This document shows, piece after piece, positions 18,928 through 28,917 of a stretch of DNA of 64,000 nt. The notes beneath the pieces are model-generated. The model was given only the letters and a program-made list of their open reading frames with translations. It was not told the origin of the DNA and ran no database searches. The first letter of the stretch is position 1. The number at the start of each line of letters is the position of its first letter. Source of the DNA: a virus; IMG/VR virus record IMGVR_UViG_3300005264_000003, positions 1 to 64,000 of that record; one strand, written 5' to 3'. Position numbers and translations under genes: made by a program.

Positions 18928-20136
18928 ATGGATTTATCGCAGAAACTACTTTCCTTTATGAAGGCTAGAAAACTTCTAGATGAGGATCAGATTGCTAAGG
19001 GTGACATTAAACTAAAGGACATTCTTAATAACAATGACCTTTCTCGTCTTGTCCCAATTGCTATTTCTGAAGTTGTTCGTGAGGCTAGTGAATTCGAGCT
19101 TCTTGCAACAAAACTCTTCAAGAAAATTAGTCAAAAGGAAGGTATCTATATTCAACTGCCCGCAGTTGGCGCTATGGATACAATCGAAGAAGTTGCTCCA
19201 GGTGCTGAGTACGGCACTGAAGAGATTACTTTAGGTGGGGGAACAGCAATCAGAGTTGATATCCGTAAGTATGGTATTAAACTGGGCCTTACTGAGGAAA
19301 TGATCGAGCAATCTCAATGGGATGTTATCGGTGAGTGGCTTAAGGCTGCTGGTAAAGCATTTGCACGTAAGAAGAACTGGATTCAATTCCAGATGTTTGA
19401 GCGTCAAGGCCTTACTCTTGTTGATAATAAAAACCCTAACCATACTGTTCTTGGCCGCGCACTTAGTGGTAAAGATGGTGCTGGTAACTTTAACTATTCG
19501 TTTACACACGAAGACTTCTTTGATATCTATGCAGCAATGCTTCAAGAAGGTTTCGCTCCAAACGTAGTTGTAGTTCACCCAATGACATGGGCTCTTTGGG
19601 TTAAAGATCCAATCTTGCGTGCCTTCACCATGACAAATGGTGGTGGTAACTTGATGGCTGGTTATGACCTTGGCGGAGTTAAGCGTGACAGCTTCTTCGG
19701 CGGGCTTGGTAAGTCTTCTGGTGGTGCTGATCTTGGTGAAGCTATGCCGCCTGATTTTCAAGGGCGTCCTATTCTTCCATCCTACCTTAACGTTCCTTTA
19801 AGTGTTATGGTTTCTCCTCAGGTTCCTTTTGATCCTGTTGCAAAAACTACCAGTATGTATTTTGTTAATACTGAGAATGCCGGAGCAATTGTTCAAGGCG
19901 AAGAGATCAATCATCACAGCTGGGCAGATCCAGAGCGTGATGTTCAGTTTATCAAGCTTCGTGAGAAGTATGGTATCTCAATGCTGAATGAAGGTAAGGG
20001 TGTTGGTGTTGTTAAAAACGTACCAATCGTTCCTAACCGTTGGGTTGATCAGCAACTACAGCCTACTGTGGTTATCGATCCTGCTAATGCTCAGGTATTC
20101 CCTGAAGACATGACAGCAACAGACAAGCTTGTTTAA
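18928..20136 (+). CDS. Major capsid protein (HK97-like)
   Basis: EEVAPGAEY, IRKYGIKLGLTEEMIEQSQWDVI..WLKAAGKAFARKK and PNVVVVHP; followed by a terminator. Confidence 0.9.
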   Translation: MDLSQKLLSFMKARKLLDEDQIAKGDIKLKDILNNNDLSRLVPIAISEVVREASEFELLATKLFKKISQKEGIYIQLPAVGAMDTIEEVAPGAEYGTEEITLGGGTAIRVDIRKYGIKLGLTEEMIEQSQWDVIGEWLKAAGKAFARKKNWIQFQMFERQGLTLVDNKNPNHTVLGRALSGKDGAGNFNYSFTHEDFFDIYAAMLQEGFAPNVVVVHPMTWALWVKDPILRAFTMTNGGGNLMAGYDLGGVKRDSFFGGLGKSSGGADLGEAMPPDFQGRPILPSYLNVPLSVMVSPQVPFDPVAKTTSMYFVNTENAGAIVQGEEINHHSWADPERDVQFIKLREKYGISMLNEGKGVGVVKNVPIVPNRWVDQQLQPTVVIDPANAQVFPEDMTATDKLV

Positions 20137-20162
20137 TCTAAGATTAAAGTAAGTGGATATAG

Positions 20163-20201
20163 AAAAGGTAGTCAGTTAACTCTGGCTACCTTTTTCTTTT
20201 T
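20163..20201 (+). terminator. Intrinsic terminator after the MCP gene
   Basis: AAAAGGTAGTCAG-ttaact-CTGGCTACCTTTT followed by a T-rich tract. Confidence 0.85.
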
Positions 20202-20223
20202 GTGCTAAAATTTACTTAGAGTG

Positions 20224-20233
20224 GTTAATAACA
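20224..20233 (+). promoter_or_regulatory. GTTAWTAACA element directly after the MCP terminator
   Basis: GTTAATAACA begins 43 nt before ATG 20267, where transcription must restart. Confidence 0.6.
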
Positions 20234-20266
20234 TACATAATAAATAAAACACTTGGAGTAATAAAT

Positions 20267-20605
20267 ATGGTATTTACAGTAAATCTAAAGCAATTATCTT
20301 TTAAGCAAGATCTTTCTAATTTAAATATTATGCTAACCGATCAAGTTTCAACCTATGCTATATTGCGATACGCTCAAGATGTACCAGACAAGGCGTACCA
20401 AAGAGCGATGAATATACTATTGGCCTCTGGTGACAACATTGGACACAGGAAATTAAGAAGTTTAGTTATGGCATATGGTAAGGTTGCCGGAGCAGGCATG
20501 ACTATGGATGAAGAGCTTGAAGAGACTATTGAATGCTGGGTTGGCTTTGGCCCTGATGCTAATATGTCTGTAGATGGCATACCAATGCAGATGACAATGG
20601 AGTAA
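20267..20605 (+). CDS. Hypothetical protein
   Basis: GGAG RBS; 112 aa. Confidence 0.75.
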   Translation: MVFTVNLKQLSFKQDLSNLNIMLTDQVSTYAILRYAQDVPDKAYQRAMNILLASGDNIGHRKLRSLVMAYGKVAGAGMTMDEELEETIECWVGFGPDANMSVDGIPMQMTME

Positions 20606-20609
20606 TTAA

Positions 20610-21602
20610 ATGTCAATTAAGATACTTACAGCAGACCCATATAACAATCAGCAATATGTTGCAATAGATTCAAAGATTGTAATAGAATTTGATTCTGAAA
20701 TAGACCCCTTTACAATAGAGAACGGAGTAAGCTTATATACTCCATCTCCTTCTATGTGGACTGGACCAGACCTAGCTATCCTAAACAATAAGCATATGGA
20801 TGGTATGGATATGACCGAAGAGTATACATACTTTCAGTTTAACTGGACGCTAGAGGATACAGATAGTGGGGTTATTAATGGTAAGCTAACACTTACACCG
20901 CTAGTTACATTATTGCCAGATAGAGATTATTTTGTAGCTATATACCCCGGATTAGACTCCTCGAGATATTTATCTAAAATAACTACATCAGCTCCAGTTA
21001 CAGTACTAGATGATGCAAGCACGGGACTAGTTGAGATTGCCAGTGCATATAAAGGTATAAAAGCCGGGACACTAAGCATAGTTGTTACAGGCATTAATGG
21101 TCTAGAAATAGAGTTTACAGCAACCGACTTAGAGAATAACTCTACAGTGCATAATGTAGACTTTGCTGGCGGTATAAAGCTTACGCTACCAGCTTTAGGC
21201 AGTGATGATATTCCTGTTACATGGGCATTGTTGGATAGTATTGAAATAGATGTATTTGCAGGAGAAGGAGTAGATTCATTATTTAAGAATCAGTTTACAA
21301 CTACACATATAGCATTAAGCGACACACCTAGCTCTACTAAGATAAATACTCTTAGTGATATAGGTAGGGACGTAACAGCGCTTAAGCTACTTGGCTCAAT
21401 ACCAGACAATCTAGCAATAGATAATATAAGATACAATCCAGTTACTCTTAAGTTCAATCAAGACATAAATCTTGATCAAGACATAAGCTCTAAAATTAAA
21501 ATAAAAAGAAAAGATATAGATAGCGGAGTAGTGAGGACAGTAAATTATTACTACAAGATTACTGGCTCAACAATCAAGTTGTACCTCACATCACTAGCTT
21601 AA
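20610..21602 (+). CDS. Ig-like (Big/SbsA-type) domain virion protein
   Basis: ADPYNNQQYVAIDSKIVIEFDSEID...LTLTPLVTLLPDRDYFV and a second SIPDN...VTLKFNQDI repeat. Confidence 0.7.
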   Translation: MSIKILTADPYNNQQYVAIDSKIVIEFDSEIDPFTIENGVSLYTPSPSMWTGPDLAILNNKHMDGMDMTEEYTYFQFNWTLEDTDSGVINGKLTLTPLVTLLPDRDYFVAIYPGLDSSRYLSKITTSAPVTVLDDASTGLVEIASAYKGIKAGTLSIVVTGINGLEIEFTATDLENNSTVHNVDFAGGIKLTLPALGSDDIPVTWALLDSIEIDVFAGEGVDSLFKNQFTTTHIALSDTPSSTKINTLSDIGRDVTALKLLGSIPDNLAIDNIRYNPVTLKFNQDINLDQDISSKIKIKRKDIDSGVVRTVNYYYKITGSTIKLYLTSLA

Positions 21603-21638
21603 CAGGCTAATTTCAGCCAAATCAACAGGAGAAATAAA

Positions 21639-21785
21639 ATGGCGTCAAAAGGAAAAGCAATGAGCGGAACCAAAGTAGTTAAGAAGACACCTAAGCCTAA
21701 AACTAAAGGACCTTCAGCTGGTAAAAGTATGAAGAACACTAGCAAGAAGTCCTTTCCATCTAAAGGGCGCAAGGTTAAGAAGTAA
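21639..21785 (+). CDS. 48-aa lysine-rich, histone H1/protamine-like peptide (not in ORF track)
   Basis: MASKGKAMSGTKVVKKTPKPKTKGPSAGKSMKNTSKKSFPSKGRKVKK*; AGGAG RBS; 16 K, 1 R, no D/E. Confidence 0.8.
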   Translation: MASKGKAMSGTKVVKKTPKPKTKGPSAGKSMKNTSKKSFPSKGRKVKK

Positions 21786-21791
21786 TTTTTA

Positions 21792-21811
21792 GGACTGCTT
21801 TACGGCAGTCC
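21792..21811 (+). terminator. Stem-loop after the basic peptide gene (weak terminator or mRNA stabiliser)
   Basis: GGACTGCT-ttac-GGCAGTCC; T-run only ~8 nt downstream. Confidence 0.5.
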
Positions 21812-21855
21812 GCATAACTTTTATAGCAAACTTTTATTTATCATAGGAGAACACA

Positions 21856-22860
21856 ATGGATGGATTAAGAATAGAAGATGGTCAGACTATATATAAGATA
21901 GGGTCTAAGCTAGATTTAGCATTACAGCTCAGCTCAGATGATGCACTAACTGAAGGGCTGACAGTCAGTATTGAAATTAGAGATATATTTAATAATGTTA
22001 TTGATACAGTAGTTGCAGATCAAATAGGCGGTAATTTATATGTAGCAGAATGGACTGTGCCAGTAAACTTAGATGCCTTATATAATACAAATCTTGTTGA
22101 TGAAACTGACATGAGTATATCTATTTATTGTCTGCAAGATGTATGGATTTTTAGTGATGCTTCAGAGTCATCTTACAGCTTCTCTGTAAGCAGAAGAGCT
22201 GAGCAGGTCATACAAGATGATTCATTGTTTACAATAACTATAAGCGATTTGAACAATACCGGCATAGAAGCAGAAATCAGCTTTATGTCTAAGCTATCTA
22301 AATACTACGCGCCAGTCGATGATGTAATAGCAGTATCTAGTATTGCACTATCTAATATAAATACGTTTGATTTAGTTAAGCAAATAAAGCTAGCCTCTGA
22401 TTACGTCGATAATCACATGAAGCCAAGCGTAATAGTTAACAGCATAGCTTTCAATAGTGCAGTTAAGTGCTTTGTAAGATATACAGCAGCAGCTAATGCG
22501 CTAAAAGAAGACCTTAAGATTGAGAGTGAGTCTAAGAAGCTAGATACATTTACAGTACAGAAAGCATATAACTCTAAAGGCTTTCTTAGTGATATAGAAT
22601 CTAAGGCCGATGACTGTGCTTTAGTTATTTGGGCAGGCGGCAATGATACTCCTTTTACGACTAAGAGGTTTCAGAAAGGACTATGTGACCCAAATAGACC
22701 TAGTGTCTCTAGGGCTAACTTAGATATATCAGGCAATGCTCCATGGGTAAACGTTACTACTGGATCACTGCTTTCCTCAGATATGGATGGTAATATTATT
22801 GAGCTTCGTGGAGTAAGAACAATAAGCCTGCCAAGTGCAAGTCAAAGGATGTTGTTATGA
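21856..22860 (+). CDS. Head-tail adaptor/neck protein with N-terminal beta domain
   Basis: Position; adaptor-like C-terminal half (YYAPVDDV...IKLASDYVD...ESKKLDTFTVQK). Confidence 0.6.
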   Translation: MDGLRIEDGQTIYKIGSKLDLALQLSSDDALTEGLTVSIEIRDIFNNVIDTVVADQIGGNLYVAEWTVPVNLDALYNTNLVDETDMSISIYCLQDVWIFSDASESSYSFSVSRRAEQVIQDDSLFTITISDLNNTGIEAEISFMSKLSKYYAPVDDVIAVSSIALSNINTFDLVKQIKLASDYVDNHMKPSVIVNSIAFNSAVKCFVRYTAAANALKEDLKIESESKKLDTFTVQKAYNSKGFLSDIESKADDCALVIWAGGNDTPFTTKRFQKGLCDPNRPSVSRANLDISGNAPWVNVTTGSLLSSDMDGNIIELRGVRTISLPSASQRMLL

Positions 22861-23321
22861 GTATAGACTTAAGAAAAGAGCTGTCTATTCTTTTAGAAAA
22901 AAGTTACGATACAGTCATAATTAGAAGGATGTCAGATATTAAGTGTAATTGCTGGAGAATTAAGTCTCTAACTCCAGATCCAGAATGTCCTAACTGTGAA
23001 GGCTCTGGGTATATATATAATGAACATTTAGTTACATGTAAAATGTTTTCTGCACCAAGCTTCTCTATTTCGCACGCACAAGACTTTGATTATGGTGTTT
23101 CTTATTCCAATACGTATGTTTTATATTTTAACGTTACTGACTTAACAGACTCCATAAGCATAGAAGACTTAATTTATGAGTTAAAAATCAAGCAGAATGG
23201 AGAACCAGTAGACCCAATAATTAGAACTAAGAGTCTTAAAGTTATTGATTCATACAGAATGAACCTAGATGATGGCGGTCGAGAACTAGTTAAAGTATAT
23301 GCGAAGCCAATGGTAGTATAG
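22857..23321 (+). CDS. Head-closure/neck protein with Zn-binding Cys cluster
   Basis: KCNCW....PDPECPNCEGSGY; position after the adaptor. Confidence 0.65.
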   Translation: MSIDLRKELSILLEKSYDTVIIRRMSDIKCNCWRIKSLTPDPECPNCEGSGYIYNEHLVTCKMFSAPSFSISHAQDFDYGVSYSNTYVLYFNVTDLTDSISIEDLIYELKIKQNGEPVDPIIRTKSLKVIDSYRMNLDDGGRELVKVYAKPMVV

Positions 23322-23337
23322 TTATTAACAAGGTAGC

Positions 23338-24072
23338 ATGGGAAATGATATTATTATGGAAGATACTAAAGCTTTAGCCAATAAAATATTTGTAGAAATG
23401 GTAGAGAAACTACCAGCATCTGATCCAGAAAATAACCCCTTTGCGAACGTTGGAGTTATAACATCTTTAAATCAATTCATGGATTTAGTTATTGCAGCAA
23501 ACTCTATTTACAATGAAACATTTGAAATACCGAATACGGACCAGTTAGTAATAGCAGAAGATGTGCCAAGCGAAATCGTCAACAAGATGAATAACTTGGG
23601 CTCAAATACAATAGATGCAGATACATTAAGAGACTTAAGAATAGTAACATATACTGCTGATGAGAGACCGGCAGTTATTGCAGCAAGAAGAACAAACGAA
23701 TACAATGGCACTCGTAGCATTAAGTACAGGTTAATTGATATAGTTCCTGATCCTATGTACACAGGCTATTCGATAGCTAGGTATGGAAGAGAAATAGAAG
23801 CTGACCTATCCTTTCATGTGTGGGGAATAAATTTCGAGGACATCCGTAAGAGAGGGGCGCTCCTTAAGGATATAATCGACACAAACGTTTGGTTTTTTAA
23901 AAATAAAGGTCTCAAGGATATTATCTGGCAAGACAGTCGAGAGACAAGATTGTGGGATGGTAAAAACTTAGTTAAAGAGAAAATAGAACGCTATCTAGTA
24001 AGGTATGTTGACCTTAAGGTAGTAAGAGAGAAGAACCTTGAGCAGGTAATTTTCCAGTTCGGGTTATCGTAA
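23338..24072 (+). CDS. Tail completion/terminator-like protein
   Basis: Immediately precedes the sheath gene; LSFHVWG...helix pattern; preceded by GTTATTAACA (23321). Confidence 0.55.
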   Translation: MGNDIIMEDTKALANKIFVEMVEKLPASDPENNPFANVGVITSLNQFMDLVIAANSIYNETFEIPNTDQLVIAEDVPSEIVNKMNNLGSNTIDADTLRDLRIVTYTADERPAVIAARRTNEYNGTRSIKYRLIDIVPDPMYTGYSIARYGREIEADLSFHVWGINFEDIRKRGALLKDIIDTNVWFFKNKGLKDIIWQDSRETRLWDGKNLVKEKIERYLVRYVDLKVVREKNLEQVIFQFGLS

Positions 24073-24101
24073 CCTCAATAAAACAATGGAGGAAAGAATA
24101 T

Positions 24102-26810
24102 ATGTTTAATGTTGCACCCAGATATCTATCCGGTATTTCTGTGTTTCTTGGTGATGATATCACTGAGCGAGAAGTCACTGGAGAGTTAGTTGTCCTAATG
24201 GGTCCAGCTACAAAGGGTCCTTCTAGTGCCGTAACTTTAAGAAGTATTGATAGCTTAGTACCTCTTTTTGGCTCTAATAACCCTCTTGCTAAAGCTGCTC
24301 ACCAATTTTGGGATGGCTATGTTGATGCAGGCGCTACAAACTCACTACAACTCGTAGCAATGCGTATTGGTGGAATTGCAGCAACGCTCGCAAACTCTTT
24401 CGGCGTAGTCATCGAAACAGAAGATGCATATAATGGTATTGAAGACGAATACTATGTTTATATTTGTGACGTAGATGCAGAATCCTTTAACGTTAAGGTA
24501 TGGGACAAAGACAGACTGCTTGTTTTTGACTACCTAAATGCAATTGATACAAGATATGTCAAGGTAACCGTGCCTGATATAACTGGCACTACTGGTAAGC
24601 TTTATGGTACTGATATTGATAATGATCCTTTGAATCCTGGCTTAACACTCGCTGAGCTAACAAACAAAGATCAAGTTGCACCTGGTGGCTTATTTTATGG
24701 TACTACTGGTGCAGGCCCTGTTCCTGGTGCAAGTAGCATTGTCTTAAGTGATGAGCATGGCTCGCAAGATTCATTTGCATCCTTTGCTGACCTATTCCCA
24801 TCTACGGGCAAGGTAAGAATTTCAGGTAAGATTGGTGCCGTTAAATACGAAGAGTTTATTAGCTATTCAGAATATGACTCTGAAACTAATACCTTTACTT
24901 TATCTGCCGAGACTACTGTGGATTTCTCTGGTGTAGCTGCTACTGATATGAGAGTAGAGTATATTGGCTCAACTTTAATAAAAGGTGATTCTGAGTTAGA
25001 CCTAACTGATCGTCAGCTTTATGAGAAGATGCGCAATATGCTTCTAGAAGTTGAAACTTGGACTCCTGATTATATTGTTACTGGTGGCGGATATTTTGAT
25101 GCTAAAGGAACTTACGTATCAGGTAAGACTGCTGTAACAGTACCTACAACTGCACAGGTTGCTGGTCCAGAAACTGCAGACACAGCGCTTTCATTAGCAT
25201 TCGTTGAGGCTGAGGCAGCTGCTACATGGGCAGACTCAGGTACCGCTAAGCTAGATAGTGGACTAGAGCTAGACCTTGGTGATGGCAATGGCCTTACTGG
25301 AGTTAGTCAGTATATTCGATACTCAGGCATTACAACCGTTGATGACGGACAATCGGATACAGACTATAGACTCAATGTAACATTTGATCAATTTGAAGTT
25401 AGTGCAAATTACGTAGGGGATTCTCAAGTTCTTTATGTTAAGCAAAAAGCAAGTGGACCTGCAATCGATAAGTTGATGCCAGAGGGATGGTTCCGTATCT
25501 CTAAGGCAGGACAAACACTAGCTGGATACTATAAGCTAGCATCTGTTACTGATGGAGTTGCTAAGCTTGCAATTCACGTACCTGCTAATCAAGCAGCAGA
25601 AATAAGTGTCCATGTGTCTGGTGCAGCTGAATTTGATGCCGATGGAGATGGAGCACTGCCGATAGCTACTGACACATTTGAGCTTTGCTGGATGCCTTTT
25701 GGTACTAATGACACTTACCTACATGGCTACTGGACTGAGATTGAAAGCTATGAGACTGGCATTGGCTACGTTAAAGAGACCGATCAAGGTGACTGCTATA
25801 CTTTTGAGTGGAGCGATGAGCCTCAGATTGGATATGGATTAGCTCATTTCGGCTATCTTATTGCGAACTTCTGTAATGAAGCGACTATTGGTTACAATAC
25901 GCCACTTACAGGAATGAACATGACTCCGCCTACTGCATTTGACAGAGCGTCAGTTATTCAATGGATTGGATCTAAGGCCGCATACAAGATGGTTGCTGGA
26001 GAGCCTACCGCTATTGAAGCTGTATCTGCATCCGGTACAGGTCTTCTTGGCAATGCCATTATGGCAGGTTCGGAGAGATTTAATCGTACATACTTAAATG
26101 ACACAGCAAATAACAAGTTTGTTGATCCAGCATATGGTCTTCTTATGACTAATGATGGATTTGTTGATGGCTCAGAGACAAGAGATACTTACGGTAACGT
26201 AGTTGATCTTGGTAAGTTTATGTGTGTTGGTGCAGGACTGCTAACATTTGTAAATGCCGCTTCTGGTACTCCTTATACTGAAACATGTGGCTTGTATTCA
26301 ATTGGTATGCTAGCTGGTAGCCCAAAAGAGCAAGGTATTTCATTTAAGCAAATTGGTAAAAATTCTGGCACTACAATTAGTGTCATTGTTAATAGAAAAT
26401 TATATAATGACCTAGTTAACCTTGGCTATATTGTAATTACTAGAGAAAAAGGCCTTGGATGGGTTATCAATAACGATCACTCTGTTGCAAGAAAAGATAG
26501 CGGATATCGCTTAATTTCTACTACAAGAATTGTTAAAACTGTTATTGAGGCTAAGCGTCAAGAGCTTGTAAGTTTTATTGGCAAGCCTATTAATACATTC
26601 TACTACGAGGCAGCTAAGACTAAAATGGCTGACTCCTTCAAGAATGACGTTTCACTAGGTCTGCTTAATGGCTATAACTTCAACCTCGAAGCTTCTAAGG
26701 CTGGTCAGGCTATTGGTAAGCTCTACTTAAGAGTAGTTCTTAATCCGCCACTTGAATTAACTCAAGTAGACATTGATACTGTTATTGACCGCAACGTAAC
26801 AACTAGCTAA
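24102..26810 (+). CDS. Contractile tail sheath protein (902 aa, with insertion domains)
   Basis: N-terminal VVLMGPATKGP; C-terminal ISTTRIVKTV...FIGKP...LYLRVVLNPPLELTQV sheath signature. Confidence 0.88.
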   Translation: MFNVAPRYLSGISVFLGDDITEREVTGELVVLMGPATKGPSSAVTLRSIDSLVPLFGSNNPLAKAAHQFWDGYVDAGATNSLQLVAMRIGGIAATLANSFGVVIETEDAYNGIEDEYYVYICDVDAESFNVKVWDKDRLLVFDYLNAIDTRYVKVTVPDITGTTGKLYGTDIDNDPLNPGLTLAELTNKDQVAPGGLFYGTTGAGPVPGASSIVLSDEHGSQDSFASFADLFPSTGKVRISGKIGAVKYEEFISYSEYDSETNTFTLSAETTVDFSGVAATDMRVEYIGSTLIKGDSELDLTDRQLYEKMRNMLLEVETWTPDYIVTGGGYFDAKGTYVSGKTAVTVPTTAQVAGPETADTALSLAFVEAEAAATWADSGTAKLDSGLELDLGDGNGLTGVSQYIRYSGITTVDDGQSDTDYRLNVTFDQFEVSANYVGDSQVLYVKQKASGPAIDKLMPEGWFRISKAGQTLAGYYKLASVTDGVAKLAIHVPANQAAEISVHVSGAAEFDADGDGALPIATDTFELCWMPFGTNDTYLHGYWTEIESYETGIGYVKETDQGDCYTFEWSDEPQIGYGLAHFGYLIANFCNEATIGYNTPLTGMNMTPPTAFDRASVIQWIGSKAAYKMVAGEPTAIEAVSASGTGLLGNAIMAGSERFNRTYLNDTANNKFVDPAYGLLMTNDGFVDGSETRDTYGNVVDLGKFMCVGAGLLTFVNAASGTPYTETCGLYSIGMLAGSPKEQGISFKQIGKNSGTTISVIVNRKLYNDLVNLGYIVITREKGLGWVINNDHSVARKDSGYRLISTTRIVKTVIEAKRQELVSFIGKPINTFYYEAAKTKMADSFKNDVSLGLLNGYNFNLEASKAGQAIGKLYLRVVLNPPLELTQVDIDTVIDRNVTTS

Positions 26811-26819
26811 CAATAGGAA

Positions 26820-26839
26820 GGAAGAGCTTCGGCTCTTCC
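26820..26839 (+). other. C(UUCG)G tetraloop hairpin between sheath and tube genes, no U-tract
   Basis: GGAAGAGC-TTCG-GCTCTTCC, perfect 8-bp stem. Confidence 0.7.
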
Positions 26840-26869
26840 GGACTATTAATCTATTCGGAGGAATAATTA

Positions 26870-27493
26870 ATGGATAACAATAATGCTCTACAGAATGTCT
26901 TCTCTGGATCTGATGTAGTTTGCATCTTCGGTGACAGCTACATGGGTGAGTGTATGTCTCTTACCGTTGGCATCAACAGAGAAGCAGGCCCACTATATGT
27001 TATGGGCCGTAAGGAGCCAATCGCAATCCCTAAAGGAAAACGTGGCATTGGCGGATCATTTATCTTAGCTCAATTAGGATACGATGCGCTACTTGGCTTC
27101 TATGAACAGATCATGGGAACTAATAAGAAGCCTATTTGGGTACGTAAAGATGAAAGCGTTCCTTCTACTGAGAGAGGCATTGATACAACAGCCTATAAGG
27201 CAGACAATGTTTCAATTGCTGAAGATGGTACTATTACTGAAATTGGCACATTTGACTTATGGGAAGAGCTATATACCCCTAACTATGTCGATCAAATGCC
27301 TCCTTTTAACATGACTATCGTTGGCGTCAATGAGCAGGGCGAGAAGATGGGATTCCGTATTTACGGAGTTACCATTATTAATGAAGGCATGGCTATTTCT
27401 GTTGATGAGCTTAATATGGAGAAGCGCTATACATTCATTGCTCAATCTGTATCTCGTACACAAAAACTAGCTAGCAATACAAGTACTAATTAA
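26870..27493 (+). CDS. Tail tube protein
   Basis: Follows the sheath; FSGSD...REAGPLYVMG...GKRGIGGS...DQMPPFN...RIYGVTIINEG...YTFIA. Confidence 0.85.
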   Translation: MDNNNALQNVFSGSDVVCIFGDSYMGECMSLTVGINREAGPLYVMGRKEPIAIPKGKRGIGGSFILAQLGYDALLGFYEQIMGTNKKPIWVRKDESVPSTERGIDTTAYKADNVSIAEDGTITEIGTFDLWEELYTPNYVDQMPPFNMTIVGVNEQGEKMGFRIYGVTIINEGMAISVDELNMEKRYTFIAQSVSRTQKLASNTSTN

Positions 27494-27524
27494 TATTGCT
27501 AACAAGCTGAATGCACTATCTCTT

Positions 27525-27572
27525 AAGCCCGAGGTTGCACTAGAAATAGTGTGCTTCGGGCTTTCTGTTTTT
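27525..27572 (+). terminator. Intrinsic terminator after the tail tube gene
   Basis: AAGCCCGAGG.TGCACTA-gaaa-TAGTGTG.CTTCGGGCTT followed by TCTGTTTTT. Confidence 0.8.
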
Positions 27573-27598
27573 AAAACTTTATATAGGAGAAGCTAAGA

Positions 27599-28915
27599 AT
27601 GGCTACCTTAAAAAGAACAAACTCAAATATACATATAATTGTAAGATTACAGCCAAGTAAAGATAAGCCATGGTACTTTCATAATTCATCAATTGAACTA
27701 ACTGTCGCTGAGGGCAGATATATAGATCCCGTTTCAGGACTAACACTTGAAAGCGCCATTAAGAGCAAGCTTAATGAAATAGAATTGAGCTCGCCAGACT
27801 CGTCTCCTAAGGATGTTGAAAGTCAAATAACCAGAATAATAGAAAGAGCAAGAGAAAATGCCATTGAATTAAGCTTCAATGCCTCAAGTAGCACTGTTGG
27901 CAAGTTTGATCCTAAGGTGGGTAAGGTAACTGGAGTAGAGGCTCCTGGTAAGTTTCCTTCATCTATGTCCACAGAGAGCGACTCTGCATATAATATTGGT
28001 GATAAAAACGTAGAAGACGTAACAGAAGGGCTTGGTGCATTTTGGAAGGCTCAAAGAGAGGGTGGCAAGAATGTAAATGGATTTCAAGAGACTGTTGGTG
28101 GAGCCGACATGGCAGTATTTTTCTTAGCTGAAGTGCCAATTATTGACGACCTAGTTAAAGGTATAGCCAAGGAAGAGGCAAGAAAAGAGTTAATTGTTCT
28201 TGAGATGGACAACGTGCTATCTTTACAGTACTCTATATTAAGAGAGGTCTACCCCGTAAGACAACTAGGCAATGCTAATCCTGTAGATTTCACAAGAGGC
28301 CCTAGGACAATAGCTGGACACATAGCGTTTGCTATATTCTCAGAAGATATACTTGGCAGGTTAAGGTCTCGAGTACTTAAGGAATTTGAAGGCCTATTTA
28401 AGAATATAAAAAACAATCAAGAGTCGCTCATGAAAACAGTGGCGTCAACTCAAGCTAAAATGGATAACCTGCTAATTAACGAAGACTTATCTGTAGATCA
28501 AGGCGTAATGGATAATAAGACTGCACTAGATGAAGCAAATGCAGCTGCAGCTAAAATGTATCAATATTATGATGCAGCACTACACTTTGATGCTGTTGAA
28601 TTACTAGACTCACTACCTCCGTTTCACTTACTTGTTATGGGGATTAATGAGAATGGTGTATTATCTAAATTTCTAGTAAAGAATATACAAATAATAGATG
28701 AAAATCAATTGCAAGGCACTAGGCAGCCAAACATAATGAATAAAGCATCATTCGTTGCGAGAGATATAGTACCAATGAGCGCTGCTGGACTAGATAAGAC
28801 TGTAACATCATCAATGAATGATTGGGCTCCTGGATCCGGCAATAACTCTGTAACAAAGAAGTTTTCAGCCTCTCAGGCATTAAGTCAAAGTATACGTAGC
28901 GATTTGGAGATATAA
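27599..28915 (+). CDS. Tail tube paralogue 2 (tube-initiator-like) with N-terminal extension and helical insertion
   Basis: GGADM...REVYPVRQLG...RGPRTIAGHI...DSLPPFH..GINENG aligns by eye with the tube protein. Confidence 0.75.
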   Translation: MATLKRTNSNIHIIVRLQPSKDKPWYFHNSSIELTVAEGRYIDPVSGLTLESAIKSKLNEIELSSPDSSPKDVESQITRIIERARENAIELSFNASSSTVGKFDPKVGKVTGVEAPGKFPSSMSTESDSAYNIGDKNVEDVTEGLGAFWKAQREGGKNVNGFQETVGGADMAVFFLAEVPIIDDLVKGIAKEEARKELIVLEMDNVLSLQYSILREVYPVRQLGNANPVDFTRGPRTIAGHIAFAIFSEDILGRLRSRVLKEFEGLFKNIKNNQESLMKTVASTQAKMDNLLINEDLSVDQGVMDNKTALDEANAAAAKMYQYYDAALHFDAVELLDSLPPFHLLVMGINENGVLSKFLVKNIQIIDENQLQGTRQPNIMNKASFVARDIVPMSAAGLDKTVTSSMNDWAPGSGNNSVTKKFSASQALSQSIRSDLEI

Positions 28916-28917
28916 GA

